The notes below the pieces were generated by a model that worked only from the letters and a program-made list of their open reading frames with translations, made no database searches and was not told the origin of the DNA. The position numbers and the translations under genes are program-made. A stretch of DNA of 64,000 nt from Flavobacteriaceae bacterium (lineage in GTDB: Bacteria > Bacteroidota > Bacteroidia > Flavobacteriales > Flavobacteriaceae), in NCBI GenBank assembly GCA_024644725.1, contig JAHEHE010000003.1, positions 2,049 through 66,048 of the forward strand. The letters run 5' to 3'. Shown here one piece after another: positions 18,161 through 28,637 of the stretch. Within the stretch, counting starts at the first letter, position 1; the number at the start of each line of letters is the position of its first letter.

Positions 18161-19867
18161 TTAAACGTATAACAATGCGACTTTGATCTGATCGTAACTC
18201 AACTGGCCTTTCAAGATATCAAATATGGGCTTTAGGCTGACCGTTTCACCGTGCTTCCCGTCTTTTAAAATCTTTTTGCGCGCGTTCCTGACTTTCGCCA
18301 TTGTGCTCCGGTCTGGTTTGAAACGACTCAAATCCGTATTCGGATAGAGGGATGCTATTTTGATCAAATGGGTGCAAAGGGTTCCGATGGTAAGATCCCG
18401 CTCAATCGCAATCTCCTCCAGGGAATGGCCCTGATCGATAAGTTGCTTTGTGACCAGGTAGGTCGATTTTTTTCTGACCTTGATTCCCTTTTCAAGGTTT
18501 CGACGGTTCGCTCTGATTTCATCAACATCGACAGTACCTCCACATTTCTTGACGAAATTCTCAGCTTCGGATCGAAGCTGCTCCTCCCCGAACTCCTGCT
18601 CGGCTTCCTCTGAAAGCTCCTGGAAGCGAATATCCGCCCGCAAAGCCAGTGCGTCCACCTGCAGGGCCGTATCATTGAGCCCCAGCAGTTTCAGCCCCTC
18701 CAGGCTTTTGACACGCGAAAGGGCCACGTATCCCTGGCCCCTTTCGAAAGTCTTCCCCAGGTCCATAACCGCTGAATCCAGGGTCATGCCCTGGCTCTTG
18801 TGCACCGTTATGGCCCAGGCCAGGCGCAAAGGCACTTGGGTATAACTGACCAAAAGCTTTCCGGTTTCGTCTTCAACCCGCCATTCTTCAGGCTCCGCCT
18901 TCAGGTCCAGACCGTTGGTCAACCGAACCAGTGGTATACCTTCCCTGTCAAATCGAACCACCTCACCCATAGAGCCGTTCAGATAGCCCTTCTCGTAATT
19001 GTTCTTGACAAACATGACTTTGGCCCCTTTTTTCAATTGCAGCACCGGTGGCGCCATGATGGATTTGCTGATCGTTTCCCCCAATTTCAGGTTCCCCTTC
19101 ATCTTGGAGTCGAAAGTCTTGGTGCGTCCCTCGAGTTTTTTCAGCTGGTCCTGATTGACGCGATCCACGTCAATGTTATGTGTGTACAGCCGCGTGGATC
19201 CCTCTAAAAGTTCCTCCTGAGAAGGACCATCGGTCTTGTTTTTCCTTCTCTCGTTCAATTGATCTATGGCCTCAGACGACACACTTCCCGAACGTATTTC
19301 GTTCAAAATGTCACTGAATTCATTGTCAGATTGCCTGAACTGTTCGGTGAGATAGCATATGGTCAGTTTGGCCTCCAGCCATGATGCGCTCATAAAGCTG
19401 AACTTGTCCCGGCTGCTCTCCGTCGAATCACCGATGGGGGGCAGCTGAAAGAAATCCCCGCAAAGCACCAATTGCAGCCCGCCGAAAGGCTCCTCATTCT
19501 CCCGAAAGGATCGGATCACCTGGTTCACAAGGTCGAGCTGACGGCCATGGAGCATCGATATCTCATCGATGATAAGCACTTTGGTCTTTTCCATATGCTT
19601 CTTGAGATACTTCTTGGTCTTGAGATCCCTCAACTGTCGGGGACTGAGTGAATCTTTGATTCCGATACCCGACCAGGCGTGAATCGTCGTACCTTCGAGG
19701 TGTGTCGCTGCTATGCCTGTCGATGCCGTAATCGAAACCGGTATTCTTCTTGCTTTGAGGTAATTTATGTATTGATTCAACACGTAGGTCTTGCCCGTAC
19801 CCGCGGATCCCGTGAGAAAGGTGTTTCTGCCCGATTTCAAAATGGCGAGTGCCTGATCCTGGTCCAA
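18161..19867 (-). CDS. PIF1-like SF1B helicase with C-terminal HTH
   Basis: GSAGTGKT, IIDEISM, GDFFQLPP, FRQ, AWAITVHKSQG and YVALSRV; C-terminal SLEEIAIERDL HTH. Confidence 0.9.
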   Translation of the reverse strand: MDQDQALAILKSGRNTFLTGSAGTGKTYVLNQYINYLKARRIPVSITASTGIAATHLEGTTIHAWSGIGIKDSLSPRQLRDLKTKKYLKKHMEKTKVLIIDEISMLHGRQLDLVNQVIRSFRENEEPFGGLQLVLCGDFFQLPPIGDSTESSRDKFSFMSASWLEAKLTICYLTEQFRQSDNEFSDILNEIRSGSVSSEAIDQLNERRKNKTDGPSQEELLEGSTRLYTHNIDVDRVNQDQLKKLEGRTKTFDSKMKGNLKLGETISKSIMAPPVLQLKKGAKVMFVKNNYEKGYLNGSMGEVVRFDREGIPLVRLTNGLDLKAEPEEWRVEDETGKLLVSYTQVPLRLAWAITVHKSQGMTLDSAVMDLGKTFERGQGYVALSRVKSLEGLKLLGLNDTALQVDALALRADIRFQELSEEAEQEFGEEQLRSEAENFVKKCGGTVDVDEIRANRRNLEKGIKVRKKSTYLVTKQLIDQGHSLEEIAIERDLTIGTLCTHLIKIASLYPNTDLSRFKPDRSTMAKVRNARKKILKDGKHGETVSLKPIFDILKGQLSYDQIKVALLYV

Positions 19868-19881
19868 GTGCCGTGTGATTT

Positions 19882-20514
19882 TTAAGAAGTTAGTTTTTTG
19901 GTTTCTCCAGGAAGCTCCCCTTTGTTGCTCTTGGCGAGCAGCAGGTCCTGATAGTCGAGTGACCAGCCAATGGTTTCCACGATATTCTGAACGAGCAGCA
20001 CAGCTTCCAGGGCTTCGCTGCGGGCAGTGTCAAGCAAACCGCTTTCGGGAATCTTTTCCAATACATGATCCTTGGCCTTGGTATTCACTTCAGTGAGATC
20101 GGACGAATCAAATTTATTGAACAACCCTTCTTTTTTGTCGTAATATCTGAGATCCGTTTCGAGGCTCAGGACCTCGGGATCCGGGAAGTCTGTCAGCTTG
20201 ATGGTCTTCTTTTCTGTGATCGCCTCCATCTTGATTCTTGAGAGATCAAACCCCACGTATGCCTTGGCATTGATGAGCAACACAGCCTTCTTTTTGCTTG
20301 AAACCATGCTCATGAACCGTTCCTTGGTATTCTCGTAATGATAGATCTCGGCAAACTCGCCTTCAACGGTGATCAGCTTCCACACCTTCCTTATTTTTTT
20401 CATCAGGATGGTCGATTGAGCCTGAGTTTGATCTTTGGTTTTCTGAAGCTTCACATAGCGCATCACCCAATAGGTGACAATAGCGCCCAGAAAAAGTCCT
20501 AAAAGTGCTTCCAT
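19882..20514 (-). CDS. DUF4230 family protein
   Basis: N-terminal TM, KLITVEGEFAEI, AYVGFDLS and PDPEVLS pattern. Confidence 0.75.
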   Translation of the reverse strand: MEALLGLFLGAIVTYWVMRYVKLQKTKDQTQAQSTILMKKIRKVWKLITVEGEFAEIYHYENTKERFMSMVSSKKKAVLLINAKAYVGFDLSRIKMEAITEKKTIKLTDFPDPEVLSLETDLRYYDKKEGLFNKFDSSDLTEVNTKAKDHVLEKIPESGLLDTARSEALEAVLLVQNIVETIGWSLDYQDLLLAKSNKGELPGETKKLTS

Positions 20515-20586
20515 TTTTGATATCTTGTGTTAAAAGTAGTAAAAATCGGGGTCATTCAGAGACGGGAAGTCCATCGAGAATGTCGG

Positions 20587-21726
20587 TCATTCCAGAAAAA
20601 GATCCGAGGCTATCCCATCGATGAGAAAAAAACCGGCCTTTGTCGCACGTAACCGCCCCGATTCTATTTCCAGCAGTCCCTGGCCGAGGAAACGATCTGA
20701 TCTCTCCTTCAGCTTTTTTAAATGGCGAAGTCCGAATTGTCCCTCAAAAGATTCCAGGGAAAGGCCCCAACGGGTTCTCAGTCCGGTCATGATCATCTCA
20801 TTCATTCGGTCGGTTTCACTCAAAGTCTCAAATTCGCGATCCGGAACACCCTTCTCAATCCCTTTCAGGTATTTGGCGTTATTGGCTACATTCCAGGATC
20901 GCGTGCTTCCTGCATAGGAGTGCGCTGAAGGGCCAATTCCGAGATAGGGTTTCCCCTGCCAATAGGACGTGTTGTGCCTGGAGAAGTAACCTGTTTTGGC
21001 AAAATTAGATACCTCATAGTGGATAAAATCCTGCTTTGCCGATTCTTCCATCAAAATCTCAAAATGGATTCGTGCCTGCTCCTCATCAGGTGCCTCGCAT
21101 TTTCCTGTTCGGATGAAATGATCCAGGGCCGTTTTGGGTTCCACGGTCAGCGCGTAACTCGAAATATGCTGAATTGGGAACTCAAAGGCCCGATGCAAAT
21201 TTGTTTTCCAGGCATCCACATCCAATTCCGGGATTCCGTAAATCAGGTCAATGCTGACATTGTCAAAATAGTTGCACGCCGTTTCCAGGGATGCCAGGGC
21301 CTGGTTCTGATCATGGGCACGGTTCATGAATTCCAGGTCCTGATCCCGAAAGGATTGTATTCCCAGGCTCAACCTGTTTACGGGCGTCTTCGAAAGCTCA
21401 GCGATCCGGTCCGCCTCCAGGTCGTCCGGGTTGACCTCCAGGGTGATCTCTGCATTGGAATCGACTTCAAAATTGCCTTCAATACACGAAATCATGTGCT
21501 CTATCTCTCTCGGATTGAGAAGGGATGGCGTTCCACCCCCGAAGTAAATCGTTTGAACCGCTGTCTGTGGCTGGTCAGCCTCCGCCAATTCGTCTTTTCG
21601 CATCCGAATTTCTCTCTCCATCGCAGTCAGCATCTCCTCTTTTCGACGCATCGAGGTGGAAAAGTGAAAATCACAATAGTGACAGGCTTGTTTGCAAAAT
21701 GGGATGTGCAGGTAAATTCCGGACAT
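20587..21726 (-). CDS. hemW: Radical SAM heme chaperone HemW
   Basis: YLHIPFC followed by CKQACHYC; YFGGGTPS and YEVSNFA; no HemN N-terminal extension. Confidence 0.88.
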   Translation of the reverse strand: MSGIYLHIPFCKQACHYCDFHFSTSMRRKEEMLTAMEREIRMRKDELAEADQPQTAVQTIYFGGGTPSLLNPREIEHMISCIEGNFEVDSNAEITLEVNPDDLEADRIAELSKTPVNRLSLGIQSFRDQDLEFMNRAHDQNQALASLETACNYFDNVSIDLIYGIPELDVDAWKTNLHRAFEFPIQHISSYALTVEPKTALDHFIRTGKCEAPDEEQARIHFEILMEESAKQDFIHYEVSNFAKTGYFSRHNTSYWQGKPYLGIGPSAHSYAGSTRSWNVANNAKYLKGIEKGVPDREFETLSETDRMNEMIMTGLRTRWGLSLESFEGQFGLRHLKKLKERSDRFLGQGLLEIESGRLRATKAGFFLIDGIASDLFLE

Positions 21727-21780
21727 AGGTTATAAGAATAAATCCGGTTCAAAGATACCGTTTCACTGAGAGATTCTGAT

Positions 21781-22401
21781 TCAAAGATAGTTGTATTCAA
21801 GGATGACGGTTCCATTAACCTCGTCACCCATGTCTTTTGAGGATTCCTCGCTTTGTTCACTGCCAATGAACTTCAATGGCAGGTTGAATTTTTTGACCTC
21901 AAAGTTAACTTCGGTTCGGGAAGGATAATCCCCGGTATCATATTGATTCACCGTAGTAAAGGTCCCGTGCTTACGCGTATTCACGATCGATTCATAGATG
22001 AGCAAAGACTCCGGGTCGAACACGATGTCAGCCGTTATCCAGTCAGCCGAGGGATCGAGGGAAACCAGCTTGTAAACTTTATACTCACCTCTTTTGGACA
22101 GATAAATGGCCTGCATGGGTGTTGTGAGGAGCGTTTTGAATTGTTCCACGGTACCTCTTTTAGGCAGAAGGCTCAGACCCTTTCCCTGAACTTGTGTTTT
22201 TCCATCCTTCGAAAATTCGACGTATAACTCTTTGTCGGGAATGACCATCCCTTCAACATTGATGCGTACCCGAATTTCACATTTGAGATCGATGTCAACG
22301 TCGTATTTGGACTTCAATCGGAGAATGTCCTCATCATTGGACGTCTGACCCAGGATAAAACCGGTTATCAAAAACAATAATATGGCCAGTTGATTTTTCA
22401 T
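21781..22401 (-). CDS. Secreted beta-rich hypothetical protein (possibly LolA-like fold)
   Basis: Signal peptide and alternating beta-strand pattern; 4-nt overlap with the permease; the fold is my inference. Confidence 0.55.
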   Translation of the reverse strand: MKNQLAILLFLITGFILGQTSNDEDILRLKSKYDVDIDLKCEIRVRINVEGMVIPDKELYVEFSKDGKTQVQGKGLSLLPKRGTVEQFKTLLTTPMQAIYLSKRGEYKVYKLVSLDPSADWITADIVFDPESLLIYESIVNTRKHGTFTTVNQYDTGDYPSRTEVNFEVKKFNLPLKFIGSEQSEESSKDMGDEVNGTVILEYNYL

Positions 22402-23243
22402 TGGGTGATATTCATCTTTTTAAATTTAAAATACGAGATCAGGTACAAGATTAAAATCATTCCCAGCATGAAACCCAAAGATTCCAGAATGCTATGATAA
22501 GGGATCTCATCCATAAAGAAGAGCTGCCATTTGGAAAAATGATAGGAAAACAGGAGGGGCTGCCAGGCACTGAAAAGACCGAACACAAATTTCTGAAGAA
22601 GGGTTGACAGGATCAATACTCCCATCGACAACAAGATCGAGGTCAGAGTGTTTTTGAAAAACAGGCTGAAGATCATTCCCAAAGATGAAAAAGCAATCAT
22701 GGAAATTGTGGCAAAAGTCAGGGACAAGGCGAGTCTCTTTAAGAATGTCGCCTCCTGGATGAATTGAACACCATCGAGAAAAACCACCAAATCTCCAGTG
22801 CCAAAGAGAAGATAGGCCGGGATCAGCGCAGCGAGGACGGTCAACAACATGAAGACAAAATTGTAGACAACCATGGCCACCACCTTTGCCTGCAGCAGCC
22901 GTCCCCTCGATATGGGTTGGGTAAGCAGCAGGCGAATTGTACCAGTTTCGAATTCAACCGCAAAAATAGAAGCGGCGATGATCACAATCAGCACCGGTAT
23001 ATGGACCCACAGTGTATTCATGGCGAGATAGGTGACAAGATATCCGTTCAGGATCTCCCCATCCACAATGAAGTATTCACTTATTGATTCCAGAAGGAAG
23101 TCAAAGATTTTCTCCCCTTCCATCAACATCCCCAGGTTGATGATTAGCATGAGGGCCATCGCAATGAAAAAAGTGACATAGGTTCGGATCGAACTGAAAA
23201 GTTTGTACAATTCTATGTAGATCAGGTTTCTCAAATCAATCAA
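22398..23243 (-). CDS. ABC-2 type permease
   Basis: Six TM segments; FAVEFETGTIRLLLTQPISR motif. Confidence 0.88.
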   Translation of the reverse strand: MIDLRNLIYIELYKLFSSIRTYVTFFIAMALMLIINLGMLMEGEKIFDFLLESISEYFIVDGEILNGYLVTYLAMNTLWVHIPVLIVIIAASIFAVEFETGTIRLLLTQPISRGRLLQAKVVAMVVYNFVFMLLTVLAALIPAYLLFGTGDLVVFLDGVQFIQEATFLKRLALSLTFATISMIAFSSLGMIFSLFFKNTLTSILLSMGVLILSTLLQKFVFGLFSAWQPLLFSYHFSKWQLFFMDEIPYHSILESLGFMLGMILILYLISYFKFKKMNITQ

Positions 23244-24126
23244 GTAGGTCAGCCGTTATTTCCAAATACTTGGATTCCAATAGGTTCTGTGTTTCGACAT
23301 TAACGGGGACAGCCCCCAGGCCCACAAGGCGTTCAACTGTCGTGGCAATCTCATGGGGTTCAAGATCCAGGATCGCCGTCTGAGTCCCCTTCTCGAAAGA
23401 CCCGAATTTGGAAATCAGTTTCAGTGCATCATCCGGGGGGGTTGAATCAAACACAAATGACACCTTCTTCTTCAACTTGAGCAAATCTTTTTTTGATATG
23501 TCCAAAGCGATGCTTCCGTTGTGCAGAAGTATAAAGGCGTCTGCAAACTGTTCGAGCTCATTGAGCAGGTGAGATGATACCACAACGGTCATTCCCTCTT
23601 CATTCAATTGCCGCAGCAAAGTAATCAGGTCCTGAAATCCATTAGGATCCAGGCCGTTGAAAGGCTCGTCGAGCAGTAACAGATCGACGTCATGAATCAT
23701 GGTTTGGGCTATGGCAAGTCGTTGCTTCATCCCGGTAGAATAGTTTTTGACGCGCTTCTGTGAAAAAGGGTCCAGCCCTACGAGACGCATTAATTTCTCG
23801 AGATCCTTCTCCCTTCCCAGCACCTTGCGAATCAACTGAAGATTCTGTCGTCCCGAAAGATAGGGGTAGAAGGCAGGTGAATCGATCATGTAAGAACAGG
23901 ATTTTCTTAGATCTGAAATGTCTTCCAGGTTTTCGCCATTTTTAGTGACCACCCCTGAGTCGGGACGAACCAGTCCTGCTAAAACCTTGAAAATTGAGCT
24001 TTTACCGGCTCCATTGGGACCCAGCAACCCTGTGATCTTGCCTTTCTCAAATGAAAAGGAAACATTGTTCAGGACCCGCTGCCCACCATAATACAGGGAA
24101 AGTTCTTCGACCTTCAGCATCTGCAT
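23236..24126 (-). CDS. ABC transporter ATP-binding protein
   Basis: GPNGAGKS, YSTGMKQR, LLLDEP and SSH; start at 24126 gives a TAATG overlap with the upstream gene. Confidence 0.92.
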   Translation of the reverse strand: MQMLKVEELSLYYGGQRVLNNVSFSFEKGKITGLLGPNGAGKSSIFKVLAGLVRPDSGVVTKNGENLEDISDLRKSCSYMIDSPAFYPYLSGRQNLQLIRKVLGREKDLEKLMRLVGLDPFSQKRVKNYSTGMKQRLAIAQTMIHDVDLLLLDEPFNGLDPNGFQDLITLLRQLNEEGMTVVVSSHLLNELEQFADAFILLHNGSIALDISKKDLLKLKKKVSFVFDSTPPDDALKLISKFGSFEKGTQTAILDLEPHEIATTVERLVGLGAVPVNVETQNLLESKYLEITADLLD

Positions 24127-24674
24127 TACCAGTAAAAGTTTTTGAGCTCGTAGCGTTTGGTAAACAAAATTCGTTTCCAAAACAGGCTGTAAAAAAGGAC
24201 CAATGGGTTCTTGACAAATGCATCAGGCAGTATATGATACCACCTGTAACCCTGACTGTAGAAGTAATCTCGAATCTCAGTTTCATGCCCCAAATCATGA
24301 CCGGCCATCACTACCGCATCTCTCTGGCACTTGGAACGCATAAAAGGCTTGATCAATCTCGCATCATATCCCATTTCAAAAAGGGCATCCTTGATCTGCT
24401 TGTAATTCTGATATCTGCCATAGGCATCAAACTGCGAAAAAAACGGTATCGTAAGAGCCCAAAGAGCCACAGCACTCCAACTTATAGACTCGACAAAAAG
24501 CTCCTCGCGAAAGAATTCAAAAGCAATGCGGGTACTTATTGCCAGGATCACAAGGCTCAATAATGACATCGCGTGAAGAAATGCTCCTACCTTCAGATAA
24601 CGAAGGGCGCGTTCATAGGCAACCCGTTTAGATGAGGGCTTTTCTATTGCAGAGGGGATCTTCAACATACTCAA
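24126..24674 (-). CDS. Conserved hypothetical membrane protein (2 TM)
   Basis: Two hydrophobic segments, then RYQNYKQIKD...SKCQRDA...GYRWYHILPD; in an operon-like array. Confidence 0.7.
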   Translation of the reverse strand: MSMLKIPSAIEKPSSKRVAYERALRYLKVGAFLHAMSLLSLVILAISTRIAFEFFREELFVESISWSAVALWALTIPFFSQFDAYGRYQNYKQIKDALFEMGYDARLIKPFMRSKCQRDAVVMAGHDLGHETEIRDYFYSQGYRWYHILPDAFVKNPLVLFYSLFWKRILFTKRYELKNFYW

Positions 24675-24689
24675 ATATAAAAAAAAAAG

Positions 24690-25241
24690 TCAGCCCAGCC
24701 TCTTCTCATTGTTACGTACAAAAGAAGCCCAGCCCGAATAGCTCTTCTCGGCCTGGGGTTTTCCCGCATTGTAGAAATGACAAACTGCGGCGGCCAATCC
24801 GTCGGTTGCATCGAGATTCTTCGGCAATTGCTTCATCTTAAGCAGGCTCTGAAGCATTTTAGCCACTTGCTCCTTGGAGGCATTGCCGTTTCCGGTGATG
24901 GCCATCTTGATCTTCTTCGGAGAGTATTCCGTAATGGTGACCTGTCTCGAAAGACCAGCAGCCATGGCCACTCCCTGCGCCCTTCCAAGTTTGAGCATGG
25001 ATTGCACATTTTTCCCAAAAAATGGGGCCTCAATGGCAATTTCATCCGGGTGATACGTATCGATCAGGTGAATTGTCCGCTCAAAAATCAGTTTGAGCTT
25101 GGTGTAGGGATCATTGTACTTTTTTAGCATCAGCTCATCGATTTGCATGAACTCCATCTGTTTTTCAACCACGCGAATGAGTCCGAAACCCATAATGGTA
25201 GTTCCTGGATCTATTCCTAAAATGATTTTTTCAGTGGACAA
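24690..25241 (-). CDS. ruvC: Holliday junction resolvase RuvC
   Basis: LGIDPG, AIEAPF, LGRAQG and DATDGLA; TTG start. Confidence 0.95.
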   Translation of the reverse strand: MSTEKIILGIDPGTTIMGFGLIRVVEKQMEFMQIDELMLKKYNDPYTKLKLIFERTIHLIDTYHPDEIAIEAPFFGKNVQSMLKLGRAQGVAMAAGLSRQVTITEYSPKKIKMAITGNGNASKEQVAKMLQSLLKMKQLPKNLDATDGLAAAVCHFYNAGKPQAEKSYSGWASFVRNNEKRLG

Positions 25242-25297
25242 TTATTTTCTGATTTTCGATGAACCTCTTACGGGTTAGAATTTGTTTCTTTGTGTAA

Positions 25298-26287
25298 ATG
25301 TACAATAACATTCAAAAATACTATCCGCGGTTCCTGTTTTTTGCCAAACTGATCATTTTGGTTTTTGCCTACCGCCTCGTCAGTCAGAGAATTTTTGAAG
25401 AAGGCTCCTATGTCTTCTTTTTGGATCAGTTGTACAGTTTAAAAGCCTGGGCACCCTGGGTCATAACCTTCTTATTGGCGATGACAGGACTAAACTGGCT
25501 TTTAGAAATTTTAAAATGGCAGCGTCTGGCCGTTCTGGTTCAACCGACTTCATTCGGTCAGGCTTTGAAACAAAGTCTTTCCTCACTCACTGTTTCATTG
25601 ATCACACCGAATCGAATTGGCGAATACGGCGCCAAAGCCTTGTATTTCAGACGGAAGCACAGATCACGCGTGATTCTCTTCAACTTCATAAGTAATTTCA
25701 GCCAAATGAGCACAACAATTCTCTTTGGCTTGCTGGGATTCTGGTGGGTTTATGAGAGCTTGCCCGGGATGAATTTCAAGGAGATAAACATAATGAAAAC
25801 AGGCCTCTTCGTCCTGACTATCGCAATCGGCTTTGTCATTGTGGGTAAAATGTGGAGGGGTTTCTATTCGAAGCTTATCAAGGATCTGAAATCAGTTCGT
25901 GCCAGGACACTCATCAATGTGTTTGCCCTGTCCTTGCTGAAGTACCTTGTTTTTTCGCATCAATTCTATTTTCTACTGGTTTTATTCGGCGTTGACCTGG
26001 GCTATTTGGAATGCATGAGTCTTCTAAGTCTCAGTTACCTCATCTCGTCACTGATCCCGGGATTTGTGATTTTCGATTGGCTGGTCAAAGGATCTGTTGC
26101 TGTCGCCGTTTTCGGACGATTCGGAGTTGACGAAATCCTGGTGCTAAGCATCACCAGTGTCATGTGGCTTCTCAATTTTGGATTGCCTTCACTTGTCGGA
26201 ACCCTGTATGTCATGGCTTTCAAACCTTATACTGCGAATAGCGAAACTGCTCTTGGAGAACAAAAGAAATCCGGGGTGCAAGAATGA
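25298..26287 (+). CDS. Lysylphosphatidylglycerol-synthase TM domain (flippase-like) protein
   Basis: NWLLEILKW and TPNRIGEYG; multiple TM segments. Confidence 0.8.
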   Translation: MYNNIQKYYPRFLFFAKLIILVFAYRLVSQRIFEEGSYVFFLDQLYSLKAWAPWVITFLLAMTGLNWLLEILKWQRLAVLVQPTSFGQALKQSLSSLTVSLITPNRIGEYGAKALYFRRKHRSRVILFNFISNFSQMSTTILFGLLGFWWVYESLPGMNFKEINIMKTGLFVLTIAIGFVIVGKMWRGFYSKLIKDLKSVRARTLINVFALSLLKYLVFSHQFYFLLVLFGVDLGYLECMSLLSLSYLISSLIPGFVIFDWLVKGSVAVAVFGRFGVDEILVLSITSVMWLLNFGLPSLVGTLYVMAFKPYTANSETALGEQKKSGVQE

Positions 26288-27429
26288 TCGGGGTGCTGGC
26301 AGTCATAATGGTTCTCTACATACTGCTCATTGCTGCCTTTACCGTGGGAATGCGCCGCCTTCCTTCATTTGAACCGGTAACCGGGAAATTTTTGCATTCT
26401 TTTTCCATTCTTGTGGTCTTCAGGGACGAAAAGGACAATTTGCCCATATTGGTACAGCATCTGGAACAACTCGATTACCCAAGAGACAAATTCGAAGTGA
26501 TACTCATCGATGATGGCTCCCGGGACGGATCTCAGGATCTCGTTAAATCTTTCCACAGGGATCTTCCCGAACTAAAAATGAGATTGTATAAACTCAAAGA
26601 GTCAACTTCCTCCCCCAAAAAGGATGCCCTCGAAATGGGTGTAAAGGAAGCTGCTTTTGATTGGATCATCACAACCGACGCAGACTGTGTCTTTGGATCC
26701 GACTTTTTGAAGGCTTATGATCAGTTCCTCAATGTACATCCGGCAAAAATGGTGGCCGGACCTGTGATCTATAAGACCGGGGATTCCTTTTTGCATCGTT
26801 TTCAAGCCCTGGACTTTCTAAGTCTTCAAGGGTCGACCATGGGTGGATTTGGGGGAAAAGACTTCATTCCCTTGCTCGGTCCTTTCATGTGCAATGGAGC
26901 TAATATCTGCTATGACAAAAAGGCCTTTCTCGAGCTGGGAGGATACGAGGGTAACAGAGAAATTGCCAGTGGTGACGACGTGTTTTTGCTGGAAAGGATG
27001 CTTGAGAGTCATGAAAACGAGGTACACTTCATAAAATCGCGATCGGCCCTGGTTGAGACCTTACCCGAAGAGTCCTGGAAAGGACTTACCGAACAACGCA
27101 AAAGGTGGGCGGCCAAATCTACCTCCTATAAAAGTGTTTTCGCCAAAACGGTGGGTATTCTCGTGCTGTTGGGGAACTTTTCACTGATTCTCGGCCTCGT
27201 TCTGGGCCTGACCGGATCAATGCCCTGGTCCTATTTCGGTGTCCTTTTTGTCATGAAAATCAATGTGGACTTTCTTCTGATCTACAACACGGCATCTCTT
27301 TGGGATCAAGAGCAGGTAATGAAGTCTTTTGTGATGTCGAGCATCCTCTACCCTTTTTTTGTCGTTTGGATAGTCCTTCTATCGCTGGGCGGTGGTTATA
27401 CCTGGAAGGGGCGCAACTTTCGAAAATAA
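26284..27429 (+). CDS. GT2 glycosyltransferase with C-terminal TM segments
   Basis: IDDGS, TDAD, SGDD and QRKRW (QxxRW) motifs. Confidence 0.9.
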   Translation: MIGVLAVIMVLYILLIAAFTVGMRRLPSFEPVTGKFLHSFSILVVFRDEKDNLPILVQHLEQLDYPRDKFEVILIDDGSRDGSQDLVKSFHRDLPELKMRLYKLKESTSSPKKDALEMGVKEAAFDWIITTDADCVFGSDFLKAYDQFLNVHPAKMVAGPVIYKTGDSFLHRFQALDFLSLQGSTMGGFGGKDFIPLLGPFMCNGANICYDKKAFLELGGYEGNREIASGDDVFLLERMLESHENEVHFIKSRSALVETLPEESWKGLTEQRKRWAAKSTSYKSVFAKTVGILVLLGNFSLILGLVLGLTGSMPWSYFGVLFVMKINVDFLLIYNTASLWDQEQVMKSFVMSSILYPFFVVWIVLLSLGGGYTWKGRNFRK

Positions 27430-27433
27430 CGAT

Positions 27434-27919
27434 TTACTCGACAGTGGAGACAATCACGGGCAATTGATACATCGAACTGACCGGTATCCCTCTTTTCAAG
27501 GCGGGCTGTATCACGCTGGGAAGGGCAGCCACACTCCTATAAAGCAAACTGTCTAGCTCGACAAGTTCAGACGCTATGCCCTCAGGTCGGTGAATTTCGG
27601 AAATAGAGATCCTCCCCTCTGTGTTGACCAGGATGTCAATTTTGATCGTGTCCGCCTGAATCTCGACCGAACCGATGCTCTGCTCTTCAAAGGCTCTCTG
27701 CAGACGCCGGGCCAGTTCCATCTCGAAACACAGATTCTGTTTTTCAGAAGTGTCGCAGTTGTTGCAGTCCAGGAAAAGAGGGTAAACATCCACAGCGCTG
27801 TAATTGACGATGGTATCCGCTGCCATTTCTTTGAGAAGGGTAGTTTGTCTCCGTGTTCTGAAATCACACGAAATCGTCAATAATAGGAAGATTATGAGCG
27901 CGACAAGCCTTGAAAACAT
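27434..27919 (-). CDS. Lipoprotein with TonB C-terminal-like domain
   Basis: Lipobox LTISC; VDVYPLF..C and PALKRGIPV...LPV pattern. Confidence 0.65.
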   Translation of the reverse strand: MFSRLVALIIFLLLTISCDFRTRRQTTLLKEMAADTIVNYSAVDVYPLFLDCNNCDTSEKQNLCFEMELARRLQRAFEEQSIGSVEIQADTIKIDILVNTEGRISISEIHRPEGIASELVELDSLLYRSVAALPSVIQPALKRGIPVSSMYQLPVIVSTVE

Positions 27920-28066
27920 TGTGAACCGGTATACAAGGTGAAAGTACGAATATTTTTGACATTCAGGGGTTTTTGTACAAAACTTGGGGGAATTGTTAAT
28001 ACTTGCATGGCCAGGCTTTGTTCCCAGTTTCGGCCCGATTGATTATCTTGTCTGAAAATAGCAAAT

Positions 28067-28567
28067 ATGGATCTGTTTCTGGTCATTTTGGGCTTCGTAC
28101 TGATTCTGGTCGGCATCGCCGGATCCGTGCTTCCTGTTCTTCCCGGTCCGCTTTTGGGGTGGTTCGGGCTATTGAGCCTCTATCTGAGCTCCTGGGTGGA
28201 AATGAATTACTACGTTCTGATCATTACTTTCGTGCTGTCTTTGGGCATATTCATCCTGGATTATCTCATCCCCTCCATTGGGGCGAAAAAATTCGGAGGG
28301 AGTAAAAAAGGAGCTATGGGTGCAACCATTGGACTGGTAGTCGGACTTTTTCTTCCGATACCTCTCGGATTCGTCATTGGAGCCTTTGTCGGAGCCTTCA
28401 TCGGTGAGATCATTCACAAGAAAGATGATCTGAAAAGAGCCTGGCGATCAGCCATCGGGTCCTTTCTGGGCTTTCTCACATCCACCGGACTTAAGCTGGT
28501 GCTGAGTTTGTTTTTTTTCGGGTTTTATATCTATCTCGTTGCGTCTAACTGGCCTTCGAGTTTATGA
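28067..28567 (+). CDS. DUF456 family membrane protein
   Basis: GSVLPVLPG, KKFGGSKKG and GAFVGAFIGE. Confidence 0.85.
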   Translation: MDLFLVILGFVLILVGIAGSVLPVLPGPLLGWFGLLSLYLSSWVEMNYYVLIITFVLSLGIFILDYLIPSIGAKKFGGSKKGAMGATIGLVVGLFLPIPLGFVIGAFVGAFIGEIIHKKDDLKRAWRSAIGSFLGFLTSTGLKLVLSLFFFGFYIYLVASNWPSSL

Positions 28568-28637
28568 TTGCCGATTCTGGTATATTTTTTGATGTAAAAA
28601 AATACAAGTTTGTTCATCACATTTTAAACTTACGATC

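Noticed and set aside
17807-20514. Anti-phage defence system built on the helicase
   Set aside because: No nuclease, toxin or other defence partner is adjacent; the context looks like core genome.
20974-21735. 253-aa plus-strand ORF
   Set aside because: Antisense shadow of hemW with no motifs.
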